From: a virus
Lineage: Duplodnaviria; Caudoviricetes
Reading direction: 5' to 3' (one strand)
DNA: 38,792 nt
IMG/VR virus record: IMGVR_UViG_3300030372_004503
Location: 1 to 38,792 of that record
Notes under the pieces: generated by a model
Told to the model about the DNA's origin: nothing
Databases searched by the model: none
Seen by the model: only the letters and a program-made list of their open reading frames with translations
Shown here: piece after piece, positions 27,860-37,802 of the stretch
Layout: each line of letters opens with the position of its first letter
How positions within the stretch are numbered: position 1 is the first letter of the stretch
Translations under genes and position numbers: made by a program

Positions 27860-28812
27860 TCTCTTTCTCCTTGCTTCTCATCCTGAAGATTTTTAATAAT
27901 ATTTCCTAAATTCTGAGCAACAGTTGCATGCAAGTCTTTAACTAATGCATACACCTCATTATCCTCGTCTTGAGTGGCGAGAGTAGCTAATTTGTGCTCT
28001 AATATTTTCATAGCTATTCTTTGGATAAATAAATCTTCAACTTCCTCTGGAATTCCGTCAAAACTTTCTTTAAAGTCCCAACAAATTCTCCAGACATTTG
28101 TCCCTACCCCTGGCTTACCATCATCTGCATCTCCGCTTGCTAAGTCTGAAGTATGAGCAACTATGCAGTAATAGTTTTTACCACCTTCAGAAACAATATC
28201 TCCAACAACATAACCTGTTGCGTCTGCCCAAGCAGTAGCACTTGAAGAAGTTGGATACCATTGTTCTCTATTATATAGGAATACTTGTATCCCGCTACCA
28301 TTATTATCTGTAACTGGATGGCATAAATATTGAATATTAGTAGTTCCAGTTGCGCTTGGAGCAACATTTAGCCTTTGAAACTGACTGTTATTCTCTAACC
28401 AGTAAACAGGACTTAAGCTTGTTGCATAATATATGCTGCTTGCATCTTTTGCTTTAAATGAACTTTCATAAGGGATTTCTTTACAGGGTCTTGTTATATA
28501 GTTTTCTGCTGTCATAGCACCATCTGCAATAGTATAGTCAGTTTGAGTTCTCATAACTAATAGAACTAAAGAATTAGTAACATCCATAGGACTACCTTGA
28601 ACATTTAAATAATCACCCGCACCTGGGTCTGCTGGAATATCTTCTGGATCTACAGGTTCGGTAGCCTTTAATAAAAGCATCCTACGAGGAATCGTAGTAG
28701 CCATGTCCCAAACTCCTTCTTCAAATATATTCTCTGGAGAAGTAAGATTGTCGATGTATGTAGCGTTATTCTCACCTAAAACTTGTAATACTCTTGATTT
28801 AATTGTTGCCAT
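27856..28812 (-). CDS. Neck/adaptor-like protein with an inserted CBM5/12-type carbohydrate-binding module
   Basis: First gene after the MCP; SPVYWLE...LNVAP and GIPEEVEDLFIQRIAMKIL adaptor-like segments flank AWADATGYVVGDIVSEGGKNYYCIVAHTS...KPGVGTNVW. Confidence 0.6.
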   Translation of the reverse strand: MATIKSRVLQVLGENNATYIDNLTSPENIFEEGVWDMATTIPRRMLLLKATEPVDPEDIPADPGAGDYLNVQGSPMDVTNSLVLLVMRTQTDYTIADGAMTAENYITRPCKEIPYESSFKAKDASSIYYATSLSPVYWLENNSQFQRLNVAPSATGTTNIQYLCHPVTDNNGSGIQVFLYNREQWYPTSSSATAWADATGYVVGDIVSEGGKNYYCIVAHTSDLASGDADDGKPGVGTNVWRICWDFKESFDGIPEEVEDLFIQRIAMKILEHKLATLATQDEDNEVYALVKDLHATVAQNLGNIIKNLQDEKQGERE

Positions 28813-28830
28813 TTTTTCCTTTTCTAATCA

Positions 28831-28850
28831 GGGGGAGCGAAAACTCCCCC
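28831..28850 (-). terminator. Stem-loop downstream of the major capsid gene (leaky terminator or mRNA-stabilising hairpin)
   Basis: Minus strand GGGGGAG-TTTTCG-CTCCCCC, 7-bp stem, followed by TGATTAG (no proper U tract). Confidence 0.65.
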
Positions 28851-28874
28851 GTCATAGATTTATTTAACTATTGA

Positions 28875-30407
28875 TTATGCACCAGCTTCAAAGTCAATAA
28901 CAGCGTGAGTCTCAGGTAGTAATACCTCAAGTCCAGCTTCTGTTATAATCATGTCTTTTCTGCCGTCAACGTCATTGTCTTGAACATTAGTTTCAACGAA
29001 AGTATCACGAGATACTCCGTTTCCACTTAATGGTCTTAACGATACGTTTGATAAATCAACACATACTGCCTTATCTTCCATATCATTCCTAAACAATGGA
29101 TGTGCTACGAAATTCATAGCTCCCCATGATGTAGAGATTGATGTGATATCGATAGGCATAAAGCTAGATGTTTTAACTTCCATTCCAGCTCTGAATACAC
29201 CTGAGGCTTCTGAAGCGACGCCTTCTGGTTTCAAAGAGTTAGAAACGAAGTTACCAGCACCTACTTTATGTAGAGCATTTATAACTTTACGAGAAGTTAG
29301 GCATAGCTTTTGACCGCTATTTCCACCTTCCCAATTCATGTAGTCATCCATGATGTCAATAATACCATCATAATGGAATCCAGCTCGCACATCATAACCG
29401 CTTCCGCTGCCATGAGTTGTACCACTGTATCCTAATTGGTATTTTTTACCACCATTGTTTCTAATGAATGGCTCGATACCCCAAGAGTTTCTTGTATCTT
29501 GATCGGTATATTTACCATAACCAAACAAGAATGCATTCTCTAGATCCATTTTATGAGATTTAAGATGTTCCCCATAAATACGTTTCCATTCGTTTGCATA
29601 CCCTCTGTATCTAGTAGCCATCATTGAACCTGACATTAATGGAACTGAAGTTTTGAATATCTGTGTGTAGAATTCTACTGCAGACAGTTCATCTCTCCAT
29701 CCATCAGGAGCACCAGTAGCCTCACCCCATTGAGAACCAATTACTTGACCTTCATAGAGTTGCTCGCTATCTGTTGCTTCTGTAGCTATTCCGCTTCCAG
29801 TACTTACTGTTACTAAACTAGCTAAAGGAACTACAGCGAATCCGCCTCGAGCTTTACCAGCTTCTGATTTTTCCACTTTGTTCCAATTAGCTGCGTCAGG
29901 GTCTTCTGTATAGTATATAGGCTCAGCCATGAGCTTATAAGCTGTACCATCTATTCTTACTATTTGATTTTTAGTTAAGAATATTGGCGAATAACCACCT
30001 GTTGCACTAGTTCCAAGAGATGTAAAGCTTTGCAACTTTTTACCTTGGTAACTATAGTCAACTTCAAATGTAATATGTGTACTTGTATTAGCTACAGTAC
30101 TACCTGCTACTACTATATCTGCTGCATCATCATATGCGCCAGATGAAAAGTATACATGTTGCATTGTAAAGTTTCGTCTTTGCCACTGGTTACGATATTC
30201 TAATGGTTTCCAAACTGTTTCGTCAGTAGGTTTTTTACCTAACTTAGATAAGTATGAGAAGAAAATTGATGTTTCTGGAGCCAATTCATGAACCTTATCA
30301 CCAATACCAAACGTTCTTCTAATATTATCAACATCTTGTCCACCAAAAGCAGGTCTCGCAACGCCAGTATGTCCTACTTGGTACCCCGTACCCGTATAAT
30401 CTGCCAT
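28875..30407 (-). CDS. Major capsid protein (HK97 fold)
   Basis: 510 aa after portal and scaffold; GGAGG RBS; YTQIFKTSV...SGS..AT..G, HKMDLENAFLFG and DGRKDMIITEAGLEV...HAVI motifs; followed by a hairpin. Confidence 0.9.
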   Translation of the reverse strand: MADYTGTGYQVGHTGVARPAFGGQDVDNIRRTFGIGDKVHELAPETSIFFSYLSKLGKKPTDETVWKPLEYRNQWQRRNFTMQHVYFSSGAYDDAADIVVAGSTVANTSTHITFEVDYSYQGKKLQSFTSLGTSATGGYSPIFLTKNQIVRIDGTAYKLMAEPIYYTEDPDAANWNKVEKSEAGKARGGFAVVPLASLVTVSTGSGIATEATDSEQLYEGQVIGSQWGEATGAPDGWRDELSAVEFYTQIFKTSVPLMSGSMMATRYRGYANEWKRIYGEHLKSHKMDLENAFLFGYGKYTDQDTRNSWGIEPFIRNNGGKKYQLGYSGTTHGSGSGYDVRAGFHYDGIIDIMDDYMNWEGGNSGQKLCLTSRKVINALHKVGAGNFVSNSLKPEGVASEASGVFRAGMEVKTSSFMPIDITSISTSWGAMNFVAHPLFRNDMEDKAVCVDLSNVSLRPLSGNGVSRDTFVETNVQDNDVDGRKDMIITEAGLEVLLPETHAVIDFEAGA

Positions 30408-30420
30408 TGTTTATTCCTCC

Positions 30421-31497
30421 TTAAAGGATGTTTTGTTTGTTATTGTCATCTATTAGCACGTCCATAAAGCTTTTTGGAGCATTATGCTGAGAAGGAGCTG
30501 CAGTCTGAACACCCATAGGGGTAGGAACTGACTGGGCTCTTTGCATCTGCTGAAACTCAGGACTTGGCTGATTGTTGACAGGAGGAGCACTTGGAGGAGG
30601 TGGAGCAGGTGGCGCTTGAGCTGGAGGAGTTCCTCTAAATTGCTGGTCGCCTGTTGACTGCTTAAACTTATAGTAGCCAACTAGATCGTCCATATTTATA
30701 GAGCTCGGACTATTCATTGTCTGAATAAACTGCTCTGCTTCTTGCGGCTGCATTCCATACCTTTTTCCTACAAATTCTCGTATCCTATTCATCTCTTCAA
30801 CTTGTTGTCGTCCTTGCTTTCTTTGTAACTCCAACTTTTCAAGCTTATCGATACGTGTTTCATACTCGTCGCGCATTTTTTGAGTTTCATATTGGTGAGC
30901 AAGATTGCTATAAGTCTGCATATCTTCTCTCCATTGCTCATGTTCTTGCACATAACGAGCGCTTTCGCTATTAGGATCATTTAGAGCATCTTCTTGAGTA
31001 AACCCAAGAGGGGCTTGCGGTCTTTCTGGTGGTGGAGGAAACTCTTCGCCACCTTCAGGAGCCTGGCCTTCTGCTGTATGTTTAGCAGTATCAATCTGCT
31101 TTACAGCCTCGGGGTTATTTCTAAGATAATCTACCATAGGAGCATATTCATTCATCTCCTTTAATTGATTCTCTAGCTTGGCAGCTTTAGACTGCCAATG
31201 CTGATATCTAACTTCGTCGTTGCTTTTAACCTCATTTTGTGAAAAATCAGGTTGTTGCTGAGGTGGAACCTGGTTAGGTTGCTCAGTTGGTGTAGGTGAC
31301 CCTTGTGGAGGAGGAGCTTTACCTAATTCAACAGCCGCAGCTCTTGATTCAATAACTTCCTCTGTCTGCAAAGGCAATCCTAATGCAGCTTCAAAACTTC
31401 TATCAGCTTTTTGTTCTAGCTCTTGTATTCTGGTTTCCTCGAGCTTTTGTTCCATTTCTGGCAAGTCGGGAGCAGAATTTTCTCTAGCTTCATTCAT
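30421..31497 (-). CDS. Capsid scaffolding protein
   Basis: 358 aa; acidic, Pro/Gln-rich, coiled coil; between portal and MCP. Confidence 0.75.
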   Translation of the reverse strand: MNEARENSAPDLPEMEQKLEETRIQELEQKADRSFEAALGLPLQTEEVIESRAAAVELGKAPPPQGSPTPTEQPNQVPPQQQPDFSQNEVKSNDEVRYQHWQSKAAKLENQLKEMNEYAPMVDYLRNNPEAVKQIDTAKHTAEGQAPEGGEEFPPPPERPQAPLGFTQEDALNDPNSESARYVQEHEQWREDMQTYSNLAHQYETQKMRDEYETRIDKLEKLELQRKQGRQQVEEMNRIREFVGKRYGMQPQEAEQFIQTMNSPSSINMDDLVGYYKFKQSTGDQQFRGTPPAQAPPAPPPPSAPPVNNQPSPEFQQMQRAQSVPTPMGVQTAAPSQHNAPKSFMDVLIDDNNKQNIL

Positions 31498-33918
31498 TTA
31501 CTTTTTTTTCCTCTCTTTTGACTGCTTCTTAGATGCGGAAGAAGGTGAGTCATCTTTTTCTTTAGCAGCATCTGCGGCTTCTTTAGACAGCATTGATAAA
31601 TTATCATCTAATCTCTTCTCAAATAAAGTACCAGCCATTTTAGACTTGTTCTTAACTTGGTCAAGGTCAGCTTTAAACTTCTCAACCTCTACCTTCTGTT
31701 TCAGGTGAACATTCTCACGAGTCAATGTTTGCATATCGCCATTAACCTTCTTAAGCTGCTGCGTAACTGACTTGAGTTGTTGCTGTAACTTTCCGATAGT
31801 ATCTGTCCTTTGAAGTACGCCCTCCATGTCGAAGACCTCTGTTTTCTTGAGGACCTCTTGTTTATCTATGATACCTTTACCATATGCATCCATGTAAAAC
31901 TCGAGTTCCGCATATCTATTAGACGGAAGTGTCGAGCCTGAAACATAGACAACATCGTATTTACCTATCGTGATATCATTAATAATTTTTACTTCTTGAG
32001 TCTTATCATCATACAATTTCTTATTAACTGCATATTCGCTCAATGAATTGTTTGGATTAACAATTCTAAAAATCTTTTCATTCTGAAACAATTCTTGCAT
32101 TAATTGTATAGCTACTTGCCCTACTTTTGTTAATGCTCCCTCTATATCTGCTAATTTAGATTTAATCTTTCGTTGACCGAATTCATCTAGAGATATAGTA
32201 GCTTTATATGTTTGAGGGGCAGCCTGAGAGTTACCCATCATTAACTCATATAGGCCAAGCTGATGGTCGATGTCGTTTTTCGCCGTCTGCTCATTTTGGT
32301 AAAGCTCGTTAGGAAGAGGAGTTGGACTAGCAACTACAGGTTGCCCCAAATCGAAATCCACTTCTATACCAACACCAGGTTGTGCCCATTTCTTTTCAAA
32401 TTCTTGCATATCAACACTACCTGCAGGAATCAACACCTTCATATTAGTAGATGTTGTAGCATGAGCTATTATTAAAGACCTAGTTTTATTGATATAGTCT
32501 TGTAGTCCTTTTACCATTCTTACATCGCTTATAGGATATGGGGTTCTTGTATGTAAGTTGCATATTGGGACTATAGGATATCTACTTGTTGGTAATATCC
32601 TAGAATAAAGGTATTTATCTCCTAAAACAACACATTGCTTTACAACAGTTAATTTAACAGGGATCGCTTCTATCATTCCTTTCTTTATTAATTCTGCTTT
32701 TACATGCATTTTAACATCAGGAATATTTTTAACTTGACCTGCCTCTGCCATAGCTTTAGTTCGAGTATCCTCTACCTGCTTATCTATAGCTTCTCTAAAC
32801 TTAGTTATTTCTAATTCGTATCTATCTGGAAGCATTTGTCCTATCTGAACAAGCTCCATTAACTGCTTTTCTTTTTCTTGAAGCTGTACTTCTAATTCTT
32901 CTTGAAGTTTCCAAACATCTTGTTCGATTATTTTAGCATTTTTTTCAAGTATTTGCTCTCTTATTTTAGATTGACCCATCATTGCTTTCTCTATATTTTG
33001 AGGGCCTTCTATTATCTGGTCATTAAGTATACCTACTTGAGTTTGTATGTATTTTTGGAATTCTTCTTCTGTAAATCTAAATTCTTTCTTATTCCACTTC
33101 TCGTGTACCCTGTACGCGTTCTGTGTAGTTTTGTAATATCGTTCGTAACCTCTGATATATTCGTCATCTTCAAGAGTTTCTATTTCTCCTGGGAAGCTTA
33201 TTCCTATAGAATCGGTTCCTCCAGTAATAATTTCATCACTTTCATAGCTTCCAGACGCTGCCTGTATAGCTGATGCATACTGAGGATATAATTTTTTAGC
33301 TTGCTCTTTAGTGAAGTTTCTAGATATAATTATGTTTTCAGCATCTTCAAAGAAAGGATCTCTTGAGTTTGGGTCAACATATACATCTAAGGGGTCTATA
33401 TCCTTAATCATTACCTCACCCTTTCCGTCATCAGCAGAAGGATTTTGATATACTAAGATATAACCTAGTCCAGATACATAGTAGTCATCAACAGCTTGTC
33501 TTATTATAGACCTTCCGTCTGATATATCATACATATACGAAAGAAGCTGGTTTAATACATTAGCTACTTTTACATCTGAATCTTCTCTTGGGGATACCTT
33601 GAATGAAGGTCGATTAGCTGTAAGCATAGCTTTTGCTGTTTCAACTGCTGGATGAATACGATTTACGACTATAGGAGCCTGACCTCTTTCTCTAAGAGAA
33701 TCTTCTTGCTCTTGAGTCCATTGTCTTCCTAATCTATATTCTTGGTCTTGACGTGCATTTAGTTCCCAGGTATCTCTTTTATCTCTATATAGGATAAATA
33801 AATCCTTTGTCTCATCTACAATGTCGTGAGTTTTACCCTGATTTTCTTCGCTACTATAGCCTTTAACAGCTGTTTCGCCTTTTTTGAATGGATTAAAGTC
33901 CAATTTAGATACCCCCAT
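31498..33918 (-). CDS. Portal protein (P22-like)
   Basis: 806 aa; GRQWT...LRERGQAPIVVNRIHPAV...SPRED, DPLDVYVDPNSRDP, YPIVP, LQDYINK motifs; long C-terminal coiled coil; follows terL. Confidence 0.92.
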   Translation of the reverse strand: MGVSKLDFNPFKKGETAVKGYSSEENQGKTHDIVDETKDLFILYRDKRDTWELNARQDQEYRLGRQWTQEQEDSLRERGQAPIVVNRIHPAVETAKAMLTANRPSFKVSPREDSDVKVANVLNQLLSYMYDISDGRSIIRQAVDDYYVSGLGYILVYQNPSADDGKGEVMIKDIDPLDVYVDPNSRDPFFEDAENIIISRNFTKEQAKKLYPQYASAIQAASGSYESDEIITGGTDSIGISFPGEIETLEDDEYIRGYERYYKTTQNAYRVHEKWNKKEFRFTEEEFQKYIQTQVGILNDQIIEGPQNIEKAMMGQSKIREQILEKNAKIIEQDVWKLQEELEVQLQEKEKQLMELVQIGQMLPDRYELEITKFREAIDKQVEDTRTKAMAEAGQVKNIPDVKMHVKAELIKKGMIEAIPVKLTVVKQCVVLGDKYLYSRILPTSRYPIVPICNLHTRTPYPISDVRMVKGLQDYINKTRSLIIAHATTSTNMKVLIPAGSVDMQEFEKKWAQPGVGIEVDFDLGQPVVASPTPLPNELYQNEQTAKNDIDHQLGLYELMMGNSQAAPQTYKATISLDEFGQRKIKSKLADIEGALTKVGQVAIQLMQELFQNEKIFRIVNPNNSLSEYAVNKKLYDDKTQEVKIINDITIGKYDVVYVSGSTLPSNRYAELEFYMDAYGKGIIDKQEVLKKTEVFDMEGVLQRTDTIGKLQQQLKSVTQQLKKVNGDMQTLTRENVHLKQKVEVEKFKADLDQVKNKSKMAGTLFEKRLDDNLSMLSKEAADAAKEKDDSPSSASKKQSKERKKK

Positions 33919-33936
33919 AAACTAAATTACATTTCA

Positions 33937-33949
33937 GCAATATAATATA
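33937..33949 (-). promoter_or_regulatory. Candidate late promoter motif (TATATTATATTGC) upstream of the portal gene
   Basis: In the 34-bp terL-portal gap; near-identical to the motif at 12228-12240. Confidence 0.4.
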
Positions 33950-33952
33950 CGC

Positions 33953-35452
33953 TTATAGCACCCGCCAATCAAGAAATTTCTTATTTTTCTTAATTCTATT
34001 ATCTATAGGCTGCAGTTCCTTGATTCTACATGGTCTAGAGCCCTCTAGTGCGGTCCATATTGCGTCCATTACATCATCGTGTCTCCCCTTCGGATAAGAA
34101 AGGAATTCAGCTTGAGCTTCAGTATCTTGAGTCCTGAAAAAGAATTGCCCTTTAGCAAACATAGGAACTAAGGATAAAAGCCTTTCTGACTTACGAGTCC
34201 TTGGCTTGACCCCTTTTTCCAATCCAGGAATATATATGTTTTCATCTATCATTCTCTTTTTTACTGATGCTCTTAATGCTTCTTGATATGCAACTGTTTC
34301 TATTTTCATTTTTTTATGTTTATACTTCTTAAATGTGTCTATTATTACATCTGGCTGTTCTGCTGGAGATACATGCTTTCTATATAAGTCTACAATGTAT
34401 TTATTTCCATCATGATCTATTGCCAATGTAACTAGAACAAAGTAGTCAGCTCTTGCCGATAAAGAAGATGCTGGGTCAACACCCCCGTATATCTCCACTG
34501 GAATTATCTTTTCTTCATCCTTACCTAGTTTTTTAACTAAGCAAGGCTGACCTTCCCTTCGTTCATAGTCATACTGATGTAATTTTATCCAATCAGGCTG
34601 AAATGGTGCTTCATCAGGTGATTGTGCTATATTCATGTACTCTTGATAGAATCCATTGATATTCCCTACAGATGAATACTCTTCTTTTATTTGATTTATT
34701 CTTTCCTGTGGGAATCTTTCAGGCCAAATAGGGTCTCCGTCATCATTTATTATAGAATACCAAAGAGTATTCCATGCAGACGAATCCTTTGCCCAGTATA
34801 AAAAGCAGTCTTCAGATATAACTGTTCCTATCATTACTATTCTTCCTTCATCTGATAATGATGGTATAACTGCCTCTGTCATCCATTTTCTATTCTTTGC
34901 TCTGGCTTCCATAGTATATGCATTAAGTTCTGACTCAAAATCATCTACTATTATAAGCGTAGGACGAGTATCTCCCTCAATAAACCCCCTAACCCTTTGT
35001 CCTGTACCTACAGCTACTATTCTGACTCCATTGTTAGTAACTACATCTGTAGCAGTCCATCTTTTAGCAGTATTAGGACCTTGGTCTCCAAATAATTGTT
35101 TGAATCTATCACTATGAGTTAAGTGATATTTAATACGAGATAAGAAGTTAATAGACTGCGCCTGGGATTCAGAAATGATTACAATAAACTCTTCTTGATC
35201 ATCTTGTTTAAATGCAATGCGGTGCATAGGAAGGAGGAGGGAGGTTACTGTAGATTTGGCTGTTCCACGGGGCGCAGCTATCAGTACGCGCTTTTTGTCT
35301 ATATCTCGTAAATGTGAATATATTTCATGATGAAAGGGAGGAGTAGCCTTTCTTAATGCCGTTGGGAAACAAGTTCTCCCAAATAAAGCCATATTACGAT
35401 ATAATTTCTTTAATGCTTGCTTTTTCTGATATAAAGCTTCGTAATCTTCCAC
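33953..35452 (-). CDS. terL: Terminase large subunit
   Basis: Walker A APRGTAKST, Walker B LIIVDDFE, IGT motif, RNase H-like nuclease GGVDPA...HDDVMDA. Confidence 0.96.
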   Translation of the reverse strand: MEDYEALYQKKQALKKLYRNMALFGRTCFPTALRKATPPFHHEIYSHLRDIDKKRVLIAAPRGTAKSTVTSLLLPMHRIAFKQDDQEEFIVIISESQAQSINFLSRIKYHLTHSDRFKQLFGDQGPNTAKRWTATDVVTNNGVRIVAVGTGQRVRGFIEGDTRPTLIIVDDFESELNAYTMEARAKNRKWMTEAVIPSLSDEGRIVMIGTVISEDCFLYWAKDSSAWNTLWYSIINDDGDPIWPERFPQERINQIKEEYSSVGNINGFYQEYMNIAQSPDEAPFQPDWIKLHQYDYERREGQPCLVKKLGKDEEKIIPVEIYGGVDPASSLSARADYFVLVTLAIDHDGNKYIVDLYRKHVSPAEQPDVIIDTFKKYKHKKMKIETVAYQEALRASVKKRMIDENIYIPGLEKGVKPRTRKSERLLSLVPMFAKGQFFFRTQDTEAQAEFLSYPKGRHDDVMDAIWTALEGSRPCRIKELQPIDNRIKKNKKFLDWRVL

Positions 35453-36228
35453 TATTCCTCAGTATTAGGAGTTGTTTTAGCCTCTATAGTGACTTGCTTA
35501 CCTTTTAACTGAGCTTCCTCTTCATTTATCTCATCAAGTAGCTTTCTAGTAGCAGATGCTTCTAATTGAGTAGTTGTCTTAGTAACAGTCTTATCTCTCA
35601 TACCTAACATATCTTGTATATTCTCTACTACTCTTAAAAAATTAGTTATATCTTTCTTTTCTTCAGCCATTGCTAGAGCTTTATCTAATAAGTCTATTGT
35701 TTTAGACCTATTATGTCCTTTTTCGGCTAATACTTCATTTAATTCATCTTTGACCATGCTTTTAAACTCCTGTGTTCTCATCCATCTCTTAGCAGTCCTT
35801 ATTTTACTAGGAGAAGGGTTATCATATACTGCATCTATAGCTAATTCCATATCGAATACTACAGCATATACCATTGCAAGATTTTTCCACTCTTGAGTAC
35901 CCTTTCTTACTTCTAATTGTGGCTTCCCAGAAAGTGTGTGATTAGATAGTCTACCATCTGCTTTAAGCTTTTGAGTAGGGTACTTAGGACTATGAAAGGC
36001 GTAGCCAAAAGGCATACGAACATATATAGAATCAACACCATTATTTGAGCTATATTCTTTCTTTTGGATGACCTTTCCAACATAATTATCATCAGTGAGC
36101 GCATATTCCCCTTTTTTTGCATCTTTCCAGTATGTATACGCTACACCTTTAGTGTCGGCTTCTTCTTTTGTGTAAATTTCATAAGATACTCTTCCCTTTT
36201 TCTTATGATTTATAGATATTTCATACAT
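35452..36228 (-). CDS. Probable terminase small subunit
   Basis: 258 aa abutting terL; helical region (AIDAVY...AKRWMRTQEFKSMV) followed by oligomerisation-like helices. Mainly positional evidence. Confidence 0.55.
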   Translation of the reverse strand: MYEISINHKKKGRVSYEIYTKEEADTKGVAYTYWKDAKKGEYALTDDNYVGKVIQKKEYSSNNGVDSIYVRMPFGYAFHSPKYPTQKLKADGRLSNHTLSGKPQLEVRKGTQEWKNLAMVYAVVFDMELAIDAVYDNPSPSKIRTAKRWMRTQEFKSMVKDELNEVLAEKGHNRSKTIDLLDKALAMAEEKKDITNFLRVVENIQDMLGMRDKTVTKTTTQLEASATRKLLDEINEEEAQLKGKQVTIEAKTTPNTEE

Positions 36229-36951
36229 TTAGAAATCTACGCCTGGAACTCCATATATTGGGTGCTCTGCACCTGTTTGCCCTACATTATCTGGACCAGA
36301 CCTGCCATAACCTGGGCCTCTATATTTCGCTTTTCCCATAGCAGCTTTATATGAATTTTCTGCCCTAGAAAGACCCCTTCTTTTCATAGCAAGATAAGTT
36401 CTAGCTAAAGATTCTCTAATTCTAGGAGTAATATTCTCTACTCTTGCATTACCAACAGCTCTTTTAATAAACTGTCGGAACCCTGGATCTCTTTGTAATA
36501 GAGTATTAAATGTACCAGCTCTAGATATATTACCCATATATGTTAAAGGTTTACCACTCCAAGGAGTTCCCCCTGTATTTAACGCAGAAGCCTTCCTAGA
36601 CTCTAGTCTTTGAAGACCTGCTCCTATACCTGGATTCTTCCTCATAGACGATATACTCTCCATAGTCTTAACTTTAGTAGGATTAGGTAAAGAGTGACCA
36701 GTTAATAAGTCGTCTAAATTACCTTCCTTTATTCCGCCTTTCATTGTGGCTTTATCGATTGGATACTTTTCAATATTCCAGAAATCGTCCCTTACTTCAG
36801 ATTTCTTTCCAGGTACTTTAAGCTTCTGATGAGCTTGTTTAACAAGTGTCCTAGGTTTTACCCCTTCTTGTCTAGCTAGAGTGCTTAAACCTTGCTTATT
36901 ACCTGTTTTAAACAGTCTCATTACTAGTTTAGCTAATTGAGCACCTATCAT
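36229..36951 (-). CDS. Strongly basic hypothetical protein (240 aa)
   Basis: K/R-rich ORF tightly packed between the endolysin and terS; GGAG RBS. Confidence 0.6.
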   Translation of the reverse strand: MIGAQLAKLVMRLFKTGNKQGLSTLARQEGVKPRTLVKQAHQKLKVPGKKSEVRDDFWNIEKYPIDKATMKGGIKEGNLDDLLTGHSLPNPTKVKTMESISSMRKNPGIGAGLQRLESRKASALNTGGTPWSGKPLTYMGNISRAGTFNTLLQRDPGFRQFIKRAVGNARVENITPRIRESLARTYLAMKRRGLSRAENSYKAAMGKAKYRGPGYGRSGPDNVGQTGAEHPIYGVPGVDF

Positions 36952-36952
36952 A

Positions 36953-37345
36953 CTAACTCCTTATCTCAAAATGAGGAAAATCATCAAATCTATTGTCTTG
37001 TACTTCAAAATCTTGGTCCCAGTCACCACCCCATCTTAGGTTGATACCCATGCCACGAGCGATACCAATAACAAACCCAGCAAAAAGAGTTTGTCGTTCC
37101 CTGTCAGACCAGTCCACGGGATAAGGTGTGACATCGACAGCGCGACTAGGGGAACTATTATGCCTCCCCATAGGGAATTTAACCTTTGTTTTACCTTCGT
37201 CAAAAAGCTTGTTTTGTCTCCATTCATCTCTATGTCCCTCCAATACACTACAATCAACATATTTTATGACTTCGTTAAACACTTTCTGCAAGTCTTCGTG
37301 ACATGTAGCTAGGTTTTTTTTAGATGTTTTGCCGAATTTGAACAT
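36953..37345 (-). CDS. Endolysin, M15-family (L-Ala-D-Glu type) zinc endopeptidase
   Basis: EGHR...RQ..L...G, HNSSPSRAVD (HxxxxxxxxD-type), LRWGGDW, DFPHFE. Confidence 0.93.
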   Translation of the reverse strand: MFKFGKTSKKNLATCHEDLQKVFNEVIKYVDCSVLEGHRDEWRQNKLFDEGKTKVKFPMGRHNSSPSRAVDVTPYPVDWSDRERQTLFAGFVIGIARGMGINLRWGGDWDQDFEVQDNRFDDFPHFEIRS

Positions 37346-37346
37346 A

Positions 37347-37802
37347 TTAGAAGTTAAAACTCCCTTCTAACTTAATTCCTTTAGGCACATTATCTTCAGT
37401 AATGTAATCAGGTGATAAATTAAACTTTAAATTAGATATATTCTTGAATTCTTTATTAGGTTTGTACTGTAAGCTTAGGTTTTCAGCGTCAAAATCAAAC
37501 TCATTTCCTTCATCAAGCTCCTTATCCATACTATTATAGAAGGCATTAAATAATAATGCAGAGCTACCGTACTTTTCTGAAGCTTCATAATACTCAGAAA
37601 GCTTTTCTAAGCCATCTTCAAGCTTTTCATGCTGATTCCATTTAGGGGCAACAAATGCTGAGTCGCCTATACCAGATTCATTAAAGGGATTAGTGCTAAA
37701 ACCGTCATCTTCCCAGGTAGATGTAGTATCTTCATTATATGTCTGCTGCACTACGCCTCCCCAAGACTGAGGTAAACGAGACTGATCGCCTGTTAAACTC
37801 AC
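37347..37802 (-). CDS. Acidic hypothetical protein (151 aa)
   Basis: GTG start overlapping the upstream stop (GTGA); ends in beta-strand-like GIKLEGSFNF. Confidence 0.6.
   Translation of the reverse strand: MSLTGDQSRLPQSWGGVVQQTYNEDTTSTWEDDGFSTNPFNESGIGDSAFVAPKWNQHEKLEDGLEKLSEYYEASEKYGSSALLFNAFYNSMDKELDEGNEFDFDAENLSLQYKPNKEFKNISNLKFNLSPDYITEDNVPKGIKLEGSFNF

Noticed and set aside
3851-37312. Short plus-strand ORFs and nested minus-strand ORFs in the track (e.g. 3851-4045, 8421-8726, 13927-14178, 32902-33273, 30453-30680)
   Set aside because: All lie antisense or out of frame within long, motif-bearing genes and have no recognisable RBS or motifs; treated as shadow ORFs.
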